55,916 nucleotides of DNA from Octopus bimaculoides (Eukaryota): contig NC_068991.1 of NCBI RefSeq assembly GCF_001194135.2, positions 22,996,403 through 23,052,318 of the forward strand, read 5' to 3'. A program made the position numbers and the translations under genes. The notes beneath the pieces were generated by a model that had not been told where the DNA came from, did no database searches, and worked only from the letters and a program-made list of their open reading frames with translations. Below are positions 37,809-49,943 of the stretch, one piece after another (within the stretch, counting starts at the first letter, position 1; each line of letters starts with the position of its first letter).

Positions 37809-40800
37809 TTGAGCGAGAGAGAGATATTGAGAGAGAGAAAGAGAGAGCCTTATACCACCATCTAGCTAGTACTCATTTTCAGCTGAGGAGATTGAAGCAA
37901 CACGAAATGAAGTACCTAACTCAATGGTAGTGCATTGCGCCATCTAGGAATTGAACCCATGAGCATGAGGTGAACACCCTGACAACTAGGCTGTGCACTT
38001 TTATAATGTGTGTAGGGAAATATGCTAGTTAATTATTAGCAAATGAAGTAATATCCTGAAGACTACCAAAGCAATCAATCAATATGATTCAAATACTCAC
38101 CTTATAGCACCTGTATTTATATAATAACAGCAGCACAACAGTCATAACAGCTATGACTCCGAGAAGAATGAAGGCATTGGCAAAGGATTGCCAAACTTTT
38201 GTTCCAGAATCATCTGTTTCTTCGTGAAATGGAGTGTAGATCCTGTGAAAAAATGAAATTCATTCAAGAATAATAGCAAATCCTTTGATGAAAGGGGGGA
38301 AAACAAAGATTTTGCTAAAGAGTTATAAGTTAACTACAGCTATTACAACATGCACATACATAGTGAAGGAGGGAGAACATAACCAAAGCAAACGTACCAT
38401 TCATTTAGTAGAACTTATTCATATATGTGGTAAGAATTTTGCTTCCTAACAATATAGTTCTGGGTTCAGTCCCACAGCATGACACTTTGAGCAAGTGTCT
38501 TCTACCATAGCCACAGGCCAACCAAAACCTTGAGTAGATTTGGTAGATGGAAACTGAAAGAAGCCTATCATATATGTATATATGTATTTGTGTCTGTATT
38601 TGTCCCCCACCACCGCTTGACAAGTGGTGTTGGTGTTTACATCTCTGTAATTCAGCAGTTTGGCAAAAGAGACCAAAAGAATAAGTACCAGGCTTTACAA
38701 AAAGTAATAAGTTATAGAAATAGCTATTGCAAAATTAACTACGAACATGGTTATCTTGAATGAAATACATTTTGTCTTTCTGTTAGGAAAGGTATCACCA
38801 ATGCCATATTCCTAAGTGAGACAACAGTAGGAAAGTACTTATCAAAGAGTAAGCCCCTATAGCATTCATTAACCAAAGGATAGACTTTAACAGATTCTCT
38901 TGCTCTGTAATCTGGTGGTCACTATGGGAGTTAGATTTAGATAAATGGTTTGTAGGGGTTATGACAGCTATGTACAGAGGTGCAGAGAACAAGGTGGAGA
39001 GTTAAAGAGTTCAACAATGAATTTACCTTACAAGTAGGGATCTATCTTTTGTCTCCTCTTATTTATTATAGTGCACCAAGCCATGACAGAGGAGTTTCAG
39101 ACCAGCCGTTTGTGAGGACTCTTCTATTCTATGTCAATGACTTAGTTCTTACAACTGACTCTGTAGAACTGGAAAAAAACTCCAGATATGAACAAACTCT
39201 GGAACTGAAGGACTCTAAAGCTAACTTAGCAAAACTAAAACTTTTAGTAACTAGGGAAAAGACAGGACCCTGCTACAATCATGGAAATGGTTGTGCCCTA
39301 TATACAGAATAGGAGTATGTAGAAATTCCAGTGTAAGTATTGGGCACATCAGAGGTATAATTGGATGACAGGAAGGTTAACAGAAAAGGTACACTTCATA
39401 TGCAGCAGGTGCACAGGGGCAATAAATACTAAGAGCCCTGAGAAAAATGTACTTCCAAATGCCAAAGTGGTTTCCAAGAAGTAGTTGACAATTACTGTTA
39501 CCTAGGCAACCTAATTAACAGTGAGAGTGCTGTGAAATTATTGTAGCTAGAATAAGAAAAGGAGAGAGAGTGAGAGAGGAAGAAGACAAAGAAGAAGAAA
39601 TCAAAACTGATCTGATGTTCCCTTACAAGTATCCACCTGGCTGAGTGTAGTATGTGACAGAGCTGATTGTTGCCACAACCACAATCATACACAATGTGAC
39701 AGGAACAAACAACATGATGACATGTTTGGCACCATACAGTAGGGTCTCTTCTTCTTCCTCAGTGCCAGAGCTGTACCCTTTCCTACGGGCCACTGTTGCA
39801 GGAATGCTAACTTCTGATTCTGAGGGGTCAACCTCAGCTTCTCGATCATTCTGAAAAACAATGGCATCACAGAGCAGGTTATAAAGTCATATACATATGT
39901 ACATTCACAGATTTATACAAACAATCATGTGTAGACATACAAAACCACACATATACACTCATGTGCATACATACATGCACATACATATATACATTCAAAT
40001 ATATACACATATTTATATATACATTCAAATCGGCTTGCAAAGAACTGTTGAGGCAAGCGAAAGTGAAATCGTGATGGCACCTGTGCCAGTGGCACGTGTA
40101 AGGACATTCGAGCGAGATCGTTGCCAGTGCCGCTGGACTGGCTCCCGTGCAGGTGGCACGTAAAAGACACCATTTTGAGCGTGGCCGTTGCCAGTACCGC
40201 CTGACTGGTCTTCATGCCGGTGGCACGTAAAAGTACCCACTACACTCTCGGAGTGGTTGGCGTTAGGAAGGGCATCCAGCTGTAGAAACTCTGCCAAATC
40301 AGATTGGAGCCTGGTGTAACCACCTGGTTCACCAGTCCTCAGTCAAATCGTCCAACCCATGCTAGCATGGGAAGCGGACGTTAAACAATGATGATGATTG
40401 AAATGTACACATATGCATATATTACTGATGCACATGTGCACTTACACATGTACGTACACATATACTCAAGTATACTCAACATATACACAGAACACTGAAT
40501 AAAAAAAGTATACAAACGTTAAGTAGAGAATTTGAATGAAAATGAGCTGAGAGAAAAATAGAGGGAAAGGGGGAGTTTATAGAAGAGAGAAAGGGAAGGA
40601 TGATGGAGAAGTAAATGAAATTAATAGAAGGGAAATAAGAAAGTGAGAGATTCAGAGAGGAGAAAGAGAAGAGAGATAAAGAGAGGTTGCTAATGAAGCT
40701 AAAGACAAAGATATTTGACAAAGGATAGTTACATCATATATTCCGCGTATGTCGGGTCGTTGACCCCGTCGATTCATACGTTCAGTGCGCTCAGCATCAA

Positions 40801-40909
40801 TATATGTCTCCATGTTGGGATGATTTCGAGGTGGGCTGCCTGAACTGGCTGGTGATGAAAGCAAACTAGTACGTTCGGTAGGTTCGTCGTCACTGGAACT
40901 CTGATTCAT
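20149..40909 (-). CDS. PSEN: Presenilin (gamma-secretase catalytic subunit), 10 coding exons, 507 aa
   Basis: Exons 40909-40733, 39850-39627, 38242-38101, 35814-35747, 33978-33758, 32484-32386, 31415-31311, 29680-29462, 22096-21984, 20304-20149 sum to 1524 nt in one open frame. All introns are GT-AG with matching phases. Motifs: [25 protein letters not shown] (Asp1), [22 protein letters not shown] (Asp2), LPALP. The start ATG is inferred. Confidence 0.95.
21079..21265. mobile_element. Mariner-type MITE, copy 2
   Basis: TIRs GGGAGTGCAAAAAGTTCCTG / CCAGGAACTTTCCAACACCC; internal sequence homologous to 830-1051. Confidence 0.7.
21984..22096 (-). CDS. PSEN: Presenilin exon (R)[37 protein letters not shown]
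   Basis: 113 nt, TTCTAG acceptor, GTAAGT donor; GxGD catalytic motif. Confidence 0.95.
22954..24819. repeat. Direct segmental duplication, copy B (intronic)
   Basis: Collinear with 16117-17658; includes an extra gap-bounded SINE piece at 23410-23616. Confidence 0.9.
24930..26600 (+). mobile_element. Penelope-like retroelement remnant (RT C-terminus, linker, GIY-YIG endonuclease), antisense to presenilin
   Basis: [41 protein letters not shown]; [30 protein letters not shown]; [15 protein letters not shown]; [22 protein letters not shown]; [20 protein letters not shown]. Frameshifted. Confidence 0.85.
27530..29385 (-). mobile_element. Decayed RTE-clade LINE ORF2 (RT domain and 3' part)
   Basis: Minus-strand segments [78 protein letters not shown]; many stops. 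Confidence 0.85.
29462..29680 (-). CDS. PSEN: Presenilin cytosolic-loop exon ([21 protein letters not shown])
   Basis: 219 nt, phase 1-1, TGTTAG acceptor, GTAAGT donor; acidic end leads into RGVKLGLGD. Confidence 0.9.
30106..30214. mobile_element. Short hAT-type MITE
   Basis: Imperfect TIR CAAGCATGGGCAACCT / AGGTTGTCCATGATTG. Confidence 0.5.
31311..31415 (-). CDS. PSEN: Presenilin exon (S)[34 protein letters not shown]
   Basis: 105 nt, phase 1-1, TTTCAG acceptor, GTAATA donor; endoproteolysis region. Confidence 0.9.
32386..32484 (-). CDS. PSEN: Presenilin exon (D)[32 protein letters not shown]
   Basis: 99 nt, TTTCAG acceptor, GTAAGT donor. Not in the ORF track. Confidence 0.95.
33758..33978 (-). 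CDS. PSEN: Presenilin exon [36 protein letters not shown]
   Basis: 221 nt, TGGTAG acceptor, GTAAGT donor. Confidence 0.95.
34261..34740. mobile_element. Non-autonomous CAC...GTG DNA transposon, copy 2 (inverted relative to copy 1)
   Basis: Reverse-complement homologue of 10657-11114; right TIR slightly decayed. Confidence 0.7.
35747..35814 (-). CDS. PSEN: Presenilin exon [23 protein letters not shown]
   Basis: 68 nt, TTGTAG acceptor, GTAAGT donor. Confidence 0.95.
36266..36341 (-). pseudogene. Degenerate tRNA-Thr(CGT)-like sequence, probably a SINE head
   Basis: Anticodon arm CGTGA-CGCGTAA-TCACG with A- and B-box-like motifs. G instead of U at position 33, an acceptor-stem mismatch and a 1-nt T-stem deletion. 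Confidence 0.55.
37060..37290 (+). repeat. Degenerate ~31-32-bp minisatellite, about 7-8 units (GATGGGAGACAGATTAACAGTGATGTTGTAA)
   Basis: Seen directly. Confidence 0.85.
37597..37845. repeat. (AG)n microsatellite spanning a 98-N gap
   Basis: Seen directly; gap at 37674-37771. Confidence 0.95.
38101..38242 (-). CDS. PSEN: Presenilin exon [47 protein letters not shown]
   Basis: 142 nt, TCACAG acceptor, GTGAGT donor. Confidence 0.95.
38960..39560 (+). mobile_element. Decayed RTE-like LINE RT fragment
   Basis: [44 protein letters not shown]: degenerate QG..LSPLLF and YADDLVL motifs. Confidence 0.65.
39627..39850 (-). CDS. PSEN: Presenilin exon [51 protein letters not shown]
   Basis: 224 nt, TTTCAG acceptor, GTAAGG donor; TM1. 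Confidence 0.95.
40020..40400 (+). mobile_element. Octopus-type SINE with internal ~60-bp tandem units and RTE-like (ATG)n tail
   Basis: Repeated TTGCCAGT..ACTGG..GGTGGCACGTAAAAG units ending in CCAACCCATGCTAGCATGG..GGACGTTAAACAATGATGATG. Related tails at about 12170-12270 and 47060-47220. Confidence 0.75.
40733..40909 (-). CDS. PSEN: Presenilin first coding exon [24 protein letters not shown]
   Basis: 177 coding nt. Acceptor TTGCAG gives an exon start at 40940, 31 nt upstream of the ATG. Donor GTAACT is weak but phase-correct. Confidence 0.75.
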
Positions 40910-43900
40910 ACATAAGTTTCGGTTTGTTGGTTTGGGCAAACTGCAATAGAAATTGTTTAAATTCCAAAAGGAATCAATTATGGAACTTCTTTCTTTATAT
41001 ATTAATGGTAGCATTATAATTTTTTTTTTTTTTTTGCTATTTAGTCCCTGATCAGCCCTAATAATTAAGGACATTCCAAGTATCATCATTCCCTCTAATA
41101 ATAGGGGTATCTATAATTTATTCTGTCCAATGTACTTACTAATTTTTGTTTTTGAAAACAACAGGGTGTGATTTGATTTAAGTGATATTTGGCTGCTATT
41201 TCTAGCAAGCTGAGCAACCATGTTGAGGCTTCCAATGTAGACTTGTTACAGACCAAAGAGTTCAACTTCATCGAACTGAAGCAAACAAAAGGATCTCCTT
41301 TAACCAATACTAGAACTGTAAGGTACTGTACCACAGTAAGTCAAAATGCAGTTCATGATGGCCGAGACCAGTGTTTTCTAACCTATTTTCCCCCAGGCCC
41401 CACTATAACTTTCCAGAAAAATATATGCCCCACTGCTGGTTAGAAAAACAACTTTATAATATTTCATAATTATATACTTTCCTTAAAGAAATATCCACAC
41501 TAGGGCATTAGAATAGTGCTATACTGTAGCAAACAGTCTTCACACAGTGTGCTTGACTGGAGGGATTTGTTTGGCTAGACTGATTATAGGTGTAGTGTGT
41601 TTGCTGTGGAAAAAAAGCTTTTTACAATCCCATGTCCCACTAAAAAAGAAAAAAAAAATTTTTTTATCCCATGCCCCCACCGGTCGGGTGTATACCCTAC
41701 ATTGAGAATTACTTGCCTAAACTATATAATTGTGAGTGCTATGGCGGGGCACAGTTCACTAAAATAAGCAGTGAGAGCACACACATAGTTGACCAGCATT
41801 TTGTAAACTTATATAAATATACCTGCAAAAACAGAAATTGTGGGGAAGCCAATCATGTGTGTGTTTGTGTGTACAAGTGCATGTGTATGTACATTTGCAG
41901 GAGGCAGAAGAATCAGTAGTGCTAAACAAAAATACTATGATATTTTGTCATGTCTCTTTAAAGCCCTGGTCAACTTTGACTTTCTTATTCCACATACAAA
42001 AAATCCTTGAAAATAGTGCCCTATGATGACTAAACACACACATACACACTCTCTCTCCCTCGGAAACTACCCTAACATGAATAAAACCAGTAAAAATACA
42101 TACACACACACATATCAATAGCTTGGCGTGAAACAGAGATTTCAACTCTTATTTTCCTTAGATACATTACACATAGGTGAGGTCTTGTGATGCTTCAACA
42201 TCCTCATAGGTTACAGGTCATATCTTTTTTACCTTGTAAGTCACACTAGCTTACTCTTTATTCTTCTCTAAAATGTCATTCCTCTACAATAAGCCCCCCC
42301 ACACACACACACACACACATACACCTGTATATGATTACTCGTTCCAATAACTTGAAACAATTTAAAGAGACACCATCACTTTATCCACCCTACCAGCACC
42401 AAACATTACACCTGTCAATCTAATGAAAGAACTTTTACAGGCACAGGTATGGCTGTGTGGTAAGAAGAAAACCTTTTGAGTAGATTTGGTAAGCAGAAAC
42501 TGAAAGAAGCCCGTAGTATACATGTATATATACATGTGTGTATCTTAGTGTCTGTGTTTGTCCCCCACCACCGCTTGACAACCGGTGTTGGTATGTTTAC
42601 GTCCCTGCAACTTAGCGATACAACAAAAGAGACCGATAGAATAAGTACAAAACTTTAAAAAAAATCCTTGGGTTGATTTGTTCGGCTAAAAAAAAAAACC
42701 CTTCAAGGTGGTGCCCCAGCATAGCCGCACTCAAATGACTGAAACAAGTTAAAGATAAAAGATAAACCAACAAAAGACCCTCTAATGGTTGTTAGAAATA
42801 GCAATTTTAAAAAAAGGAAAGACACATTGGGTACTATATCTGGAAAGAAAAAGACAAACTAGTCATGGTTAGAATGTCTTTGGTCATAGGTCTGTTGAAT
42901 CAGATCAAACTTGGAGCTGAACAACAGCTAGTGTTGAGGTTGTATTCATAATGCATTCTTTCGCACAAAATTTCAAACGTACGACCAACCAAAACACAAA
43001 ATAATAATTTTAAAAAACCTAAAAAATTATATGTACATATATTTAATATACTGGCACTGTGGCTTGCCATCAACTATTCTTGGATACAAAAAACATGCCA
43101 AAACTGCAAAGATGCACTTCCACCCAACGAAACTTATGATGAAGTGTTGTGTGGCTCTGAAATCAGACTAAAACATGGTTTTGTTTAGATTTACAGGTCA
43201 ACCTCAAACAGATTTCGGCGATCTTTCGGATTTCCTTCGTCAAAGATGTCGTGACAGGATAGTCAACAACAACAACAGTTGAAGACATACAAGGTATCTG
43301 GACTAGACAACAACAAATAAGATATAAGAATAAATATAAAGGAGTTCATTGTTATTGCGCCTGTTCAACACCACCACGTAGCCCTTGAGTACCTTAGCAG
43401 AATCCACTGTTTGAAACATTCTGACGTAAGTCTTTGATCCGAGGATCATCAAGATGTTCCTCCATTTCTCTCACCAGTTCTGGAAGTGCTGTAAAAATGC
43501 TATGGGCAATGCCCTTCCTTTTCTAAATCTAGCAACAAAGCCATATTTCTAGGGAATACAGTTTTAGTCATCTGTTATAATTCTATTCACATCTTGGCTG
43601 CTTTACAGAAATATTAAATCAGTTTTCATGCTTGACTGGTACTTATTTAATTATTCCTTGAAGGACAGAAGGCAAAGTAGACCATGGCGGGATTTGAACT
43701 CAGAATATAGAGTAAACAAAACTAAATAGTATTTTCATGTAGTCTGTCACTTTACTAGTTCTACCAATAATAAAGTTTAGAGGAAGTCTGCTGAGAATAC
43801 ATTAAAAAACGTGTCTTTTGATTTTGAGTAATAGGAATGAACTTACATTGGATTCAATGGTATATCTTCCATTAGTTAAACAAATATGACTTGTTTTTAG

Positions 43901-44899
43901 TTTGTTTTTTTTAACTATTGATTACACACACGCATGCAAGTGGTGGCATTTTGCACAAATATACTACTTTCTTGTGAAAGGAAAAACTGGAGAAATTTTC
44001 AGAGCAGTCCAATCAGTATTTTTCAAAAATACACCGTCTGGCTGAGCCGTGTCTATAATAAACATCAAAGACAGAAAGAGTAACGAATGTAACTGTAACG
44101 GTAACAGCAGCAGCTGTAGTGAGTGAGGTGTATTACAGAGGTTGAAATAACAAACTTGATAGAGGCAGTTAATAAAGTGAACAGCTATGGCCAAAATAAG
44201 ATTAATGAAACACCAGTGTAGAGAAATCTAACAATCTGATGCTGGGCCAATTAAATTAAAAAAAAAAAAACATACTCAATGACTGGTTTAAGTACACTGG
44301 TTTAAATACCTCCTCCCAATTCATTCAATATATTGAATTATATATAGTCATCAATGTTTGCTTATCTTTCTCTTTTTGTCTTTTCCCCCCAAAGAGAGAA
44401 GGGGAGGAAAGAGGACGCAGCTTGTATTATTATGGTTTATGTATGGAAGTGTCAAATTGTCTAACACACTGTAACTACTACCACCTAAGATTATATTTTA
44501 AAGTATGTACACATACATTGTATTAACTCTTTATCCTAATATAGTTGTCAGTCAATTCAGCTTAAATCTATCAACCATAAATAAGACCTTCCAAATTATG
44601 GAGGTTACAAAAAGATTTTACAACAAACATTTAACTGGTCTTTGCTTCCCCCCCCTCTTTATTTATCATCAGTTTCTTCTTATATACAAGTGATGTCAGA
44701 TGTGTTTTTTTTTGTTGTTTTTTTGGTCTCCAGAGGCTTTACAGCTTCGTATGGACGCTTAAAATGGATAAATAATGGCGTGTCAATTAATCTGAAGATA
44801 GATATATTTTAAGATGAACATGTCTGAAAATGAAACGAAAAGAGGAGAGAAAAAAACAGATTAACTGTTCAACATTTTTGTCAATTAATAATTGCTTGG

Positions 44900-45410
44900 C
44901 TAATCTTACTTGATTGAAGTTCTATCAGCTCACTATATTACAAATTATTATATATGAAACACTCTGCTGCATTTGTATTTAGTATACAGAGTGCTCCCTT
45001 GAATTTTCTCTCGGCCATTTTGTTTATTTTCATAATTAGCGTCGGTTGCAAATTGTTTTCCGTCGTAAAAAAGTGAAAGTAAATTGTCCTAAAAATGAAA
45101 ATAAATTGCGATAGAAACCATATGAGACGACTGTGATATACAGAATTTCATAAAAAGGAGAAACAGAACTCCCACATTATGACACGCCTGTATATATATA
45201 TGTTAACTTCAAGCATTCACTCGATTTTGCTGATCCAAATGAAGACAGACTAGCGAAGGGCGATGGATGCTCGCCAAGAAACTTAGGTGACAATGTGGGA
45301 CTAGCGATGATTTATTTACATATCTTCCTGAGCATGTGTAGCGAAACAAATTTGGAGATCGTGGTAAAATATTCACGAATCTCGTTTCATGTTTCAATGA
45401 CAGGTATGTT
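44900..45410. promoter_or_regulatory. Candidate bidirectional promoter / first-exon region
   Basis: Local CpG retention. AAAATGGCC (YY1-like) at about 45015-45022 on -, a minus-strand donor CAA|GTAAGA at 44910 and a plus-strand donor CAG|GTATGT at 45403. No expression data. Confidence 0.35.
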
Positions 45411-47799
45411 TTTCCATGAGTGAAATTGTTTCCATCTTAAATAAAATATATGTACAGTTTTCATGTTATATTAAATATTATATTAAATACATGTACTTTC
45501 TATGTATTGGAATGCCACTCGCCACTTGCAGCTTCCATCACAATTTCCTTCCATTATTTTTAGGCCAATTTAGTTTCCTTTTTATGACGGTAAACTGCAT
45601 GTTAGCCATTAGTGTTATCTCATTCTCTCTACATCTAAAGCCAACTAAGACTAATACACTTCACTGAGGTGTGTATTTTACTGAGCAAAAATAAGACAAA
45701 AATATCCATTGCTCTCACCTGTCGGCTTCAAAGAACAAATCCGCTCCAATCTAAACTGACCATACTGTACAAAAATTTCAGTCAACTGATCTTATTGGTA
45801 TTATCTCCCTTGCTTGTTTTTCTTTTCTTTTTTTTAGAGCTTAAATATTCTTAGAGGAAGTTTTGCTCTATCAATTGCTTAGATAAACTCAAGTGATAAA
45901 AGTTTTTCATTTCATATTATGTATGAGATATGCTCCATATTTGTACTATTACATCAAACAAATATAAAATTAAATTTCAATTACAATAATGATTTCTAAT
46001 ACGAGCACAAGTCCACAAATATGGAGGTAGAGTAAGGGATTTGTTGATTAAATTAACTTCAGTTTCAAGTTTGGTATTTTATCAGCCCCGAAAAAATTAA
46101 AGGTAAAGTTGACCAAGATAGGAATTCAACTCAAAGCATAAAGAGACAAAAGTAAGAACAGCAAAGTATAGGCACGATGCTACACATCGAGTCACAGGGT
46201 GTAGTCAAATTGATTCCAGTATTTTTTCAGGACTTATTTTATTGTTGGCAGAAAAATGAAAACCAAAGCAGACACCAGCAGGAATTAAATCCAGGACAAA
46301 ACATAACTAAATACCACACCACAAGGCATTAACACCAATTCACTACCAAATACTAATGAAATACTAAAAAATATTTTTGAAGGGAGAATGGGATAGGATT
46401 TCAATCAAAAAAGCTTGAGAAATGATTTTAAAAATAAAAAGATAACAAATACAGTAGTGATTCTTGCTTAACTCACCTGCCCATCAATTTATATCATACC
46501 TAATTGGGTAGACCTATGTTCAAAGACATTTCAGCCAGGACTATTTCATTTATTTTCCTCACATATAGAATATATTCTCGTCTACATTATCCAATACGTC
46601 AATTTTTAGGAAAATGGGGGCGCAGTTAGAAAGAGATTTCACTGCTATTTCTATAATGTTGAGAATCCTCACTGTTAGGTATGTAATTCACTTTGCAACT
46701 ACACTGATCACACTTCTCAGTACTTTGGGTAGGTATCTTCTACCATTGTCTTACTTCAAGCAAAGCCTTGTAAGCAAAATTTGGTAAATACTTAATCTGG
46801 GAAAGCTCTCCATAAATCAAATCTATGGACAGAATATACAGAAAGCTAATGAGGATGGATGCTAAATTCATTATTGTCTACCACAGTTAATTTCCATCAT
46901 ATTGTGACAAGTGATTAGTTATATTAGAAACAAACAACATGACATGGTCACAGTATACATAGGTAGCTTACTCTCAAATGCATATAAGGAAGCTAACAAC
47001 CTCTCAAATCATGTCCCACCCCAAACTAGCAGCCTGCACATGCTACTGAGAGTACTAATCATCATCATCATCATCGTTTAACGTCCGCTTTCCATGCTAG
47101 CATGGGTCGGACAATTTGACTGAGGACTGGTGAAACCGGATGGCAACACCAGGCTCCAATCTAATTTGGCAGAGTTTCTACAGCTGGATGCCCTTCCTAA
47201 CGCCAACCACTCAGAGAGTGGTATAACAGAGTGGATGTCAATTACAGTGTTTGTGACATTAAATTACTGGTCTACTGTAGACAAGTTTATATTTTCAAAC
47301 CTTCACACTGCTATTGTTGTGACCGTGAAGCAAAGCTCATGAAACACCCACCTCTACACTGACTGCAATCTCGCAAAAGGACAATTCACACTTGAGTAGT
47401 TAGTATTCTTCTGGAAAAATAAGTACTCAATTTTTGCAAAATTATATCCAAGCCTTTCTAACAAAAAAATTTAGATGTGGAGCTTAAAAAGTAGAAAAAG
47501 AAAACTCAATTCTTATTATACATCTTTAATGATATTAGATAATGAAAAGCTAAGTAACTAATGCCCTAGACTGCTAAACCAGAAACCAATACAATAGATG
47601 TGACATTATAGTTCCCTTGGGATATGATATGTGAGGCTGTTTCAGAATGGCACTTGCATTAATCTGCTAATAAACAAAATGACATGCCAAGATCAGATGG
47701 AGAACACAAACTATATCATAAAGTTACAAAAATAAAACTATGAAAATAGTAGAAAGAAAACGATGCCACATGAATGATAGATAAAATACTACATTAATG

Positions 47800-48170
47800 A
47801 CAGGAAAAAAAACTATATCCTGCAGCTGCTGCTTCATGCTCTTGCTTGATGGGTCTGGGGTCAACCCAGGTTAGTGGTCCCAGAGACATCTTCATGTGTA
47901 GAGCCAACTAGGCCTACCAGTGCTCTCCATTACTGGCAGTCCTATGCCGGACCCTCTGCATTTTCTAAGGTGATGTCAAGCCTCTGGAAATCTTCCCCAA
48001 TCACACCTAGCCATCTGGGGCAGGGCCTGCCACAAGGCCTCTTCCAATACACATGTGCTGTGTTAAATGAGAGTAATGTCCTGGTAGGATGATCTAGCAG
48101 AAGACAGAGGACATGTACCTACCAGACATTCATCATCATTTCTAACTACAAACATCCTTTAGCTGTTGGT
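47800..48170 (-). mobile_element. Decayed 3' end of an RTE-type LINE
   Basis: Broken minus-strand translation resembles an RTE ORF2 C-terminal region. Confidence 0.4.
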
Positions 48171-48335
48171 GAGAGATGGAGGAGGACTACATTATAGAAT
48201 AATTCTATTTCACAACAGACGTTGGTTTCATCCTTAACAGGTAAAACCCCATCAATTTGAATGAACTTCTCCATTGGAAAACATTCAAATATTACTAAAT
48301 GTATCCAGCTTGGTGGACGAAGCTATCTCCTAGAT

Positions 48336-48661
48336 CAGTGGTTCTCCACAATTTTTTACATATGGACCCCTTTGATTACTATTTTATATTGGTGGACCCC
48401 CATTGCCATTTGATACTTAAAAACTAGCTTTATAGATACTTCTTTCAAAATTGCAGTTTTTTTTTTTTTCACACATTAACATGTGTAGGTTTGCAATAGT
48501 ACTAAGAGACTGGAAACATGTTGAAATGTGTAAAACATTACAGAAAGAAACCTAGTGATTTTTTTTTTCAATTATCCTTTAGATATTACTGTGGATCCAA
48601 TTTACTATTTTACTTGAGTGGACCCCCAAAAATCTTATATAGACTCTGGGTGAGAACCACT
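48336..48661. mobile_element. hAT (Charlie/Buster-type) MITE
   Basis: TIR CAGTGGTTCTC / GAGAACCACT; flanks TCCTAGAT and TACTAGAC resemble a decayed CTAG-centred 8-bp TSD. Confidence 0.7.
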
Positions 48662-48859
48662 TACTAGACCAATGTGAACCATATCATAGACCAAGATCGG
48701 TGTCACTTCAGTGTGCAGTCTAGCCCTAACCTAACCTAAATCAGGACACTTCAAAGTGTAAACTATGGATGCTATGGTAGACTGCTTGCTAAAGTAGTGC
48801 CCCTAAATCTTAGTTCTGATTGTGAGCTGTATGTATTGAATTTTGAACAAGTAGCTATC

Positions 48860-49340
48860 AGTGAATGGATTTTTCAACTGAATACAAGAGATTGCACGAC
48901 AAGACTGCGAACTAGACAGAATGGTAGAAGCATTTCCTTGTAACTTTTAGCCTGTTGTCAAGCCTAACAAAGCTCCAGCCTTTGGAATGTCATCCTCGCT
49001 GTATGTAGCCAAACATTATCCTGATAGAAGAGCACCTTTCATCTTGAAACCAAAGATGGTCATTTTTCTTCAAGTGCTGACTTAAGCTGCTTGCAGTGAA
49101 TCTCCTGTTATCGTTTGGTTTGAGTTTAAAAGTTCAAAGTGGACTAAACCTTTCATATCCCACCAAACAAATAAGAACAACTTATGTGGGTGAAGACCTT
49201 CTTTAGCCTAGGGTGCTGGTGTTTCTCCTCTCTCTACCCACTGTCTTCGGCACTTGACATTTTTATAGAGAACCCATTTTTTGTCATCAGTCATTATTTG
49301 GTCCAAAAAAGGTTCATTTGTGAGACATGACAGCAAAGAG
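48860..49340 (-). mobile_element. Mariner (DD34D) transposase remnant
   Basis: NEPFLDQIMTDDKKWVLYKNVKCRRQW..GETPAP*AKEGLHPHKLFLFVWWDMKGLVHFELLNSNQTIT; stops and frameshifts. Confidence 0.85.
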
Positions 49341-49889
49341 CACACATTCACCCTTAGGAAGATGATCCCAAATATTGGTCTTGGTCTCCAAAGAAATTGA
49401 TGCTCTTTTATTTTTCTTAGATGTATCAACCAACATTTTAGGGTAGGTTATCACTATCACGATCACAAATAAAAAATATTGTGGAGAATGAAACTTGTGA
49501 CATGTCTTTCGTATTAGACCCGATGCTAACGACTGCCACTGCGTACCATCTGATGGAGCAGTTACACACATCCAGAGGTATGTACAGTGCATAGGTCCTG
49601 CCCACACCAGAGAGTGAGGGATCACTATAGGGAAAAAATAGATTGGATTCTATTTTACTTCGCTAAATTGTTATTTAATCATGTTACATAGAGTTTCAGC
49701 ATTTTGTAAATTATAATTGATTAATGTTACTTAATCATTTACTTGCCATTTATAATAAGTTCGGTGGTCACACAAGGACAGAGGTTTAAACCGTGCTAAA
49801 GTAAAAAAATAGTGCAAAAAAAATAATCGGTTCTTTTTGTTGGACAGTGTTATTTCAGAACTGTACAAAAAGAGAATTGAGTATGTATG

Positions 49890-49943
<54 letters not shown>

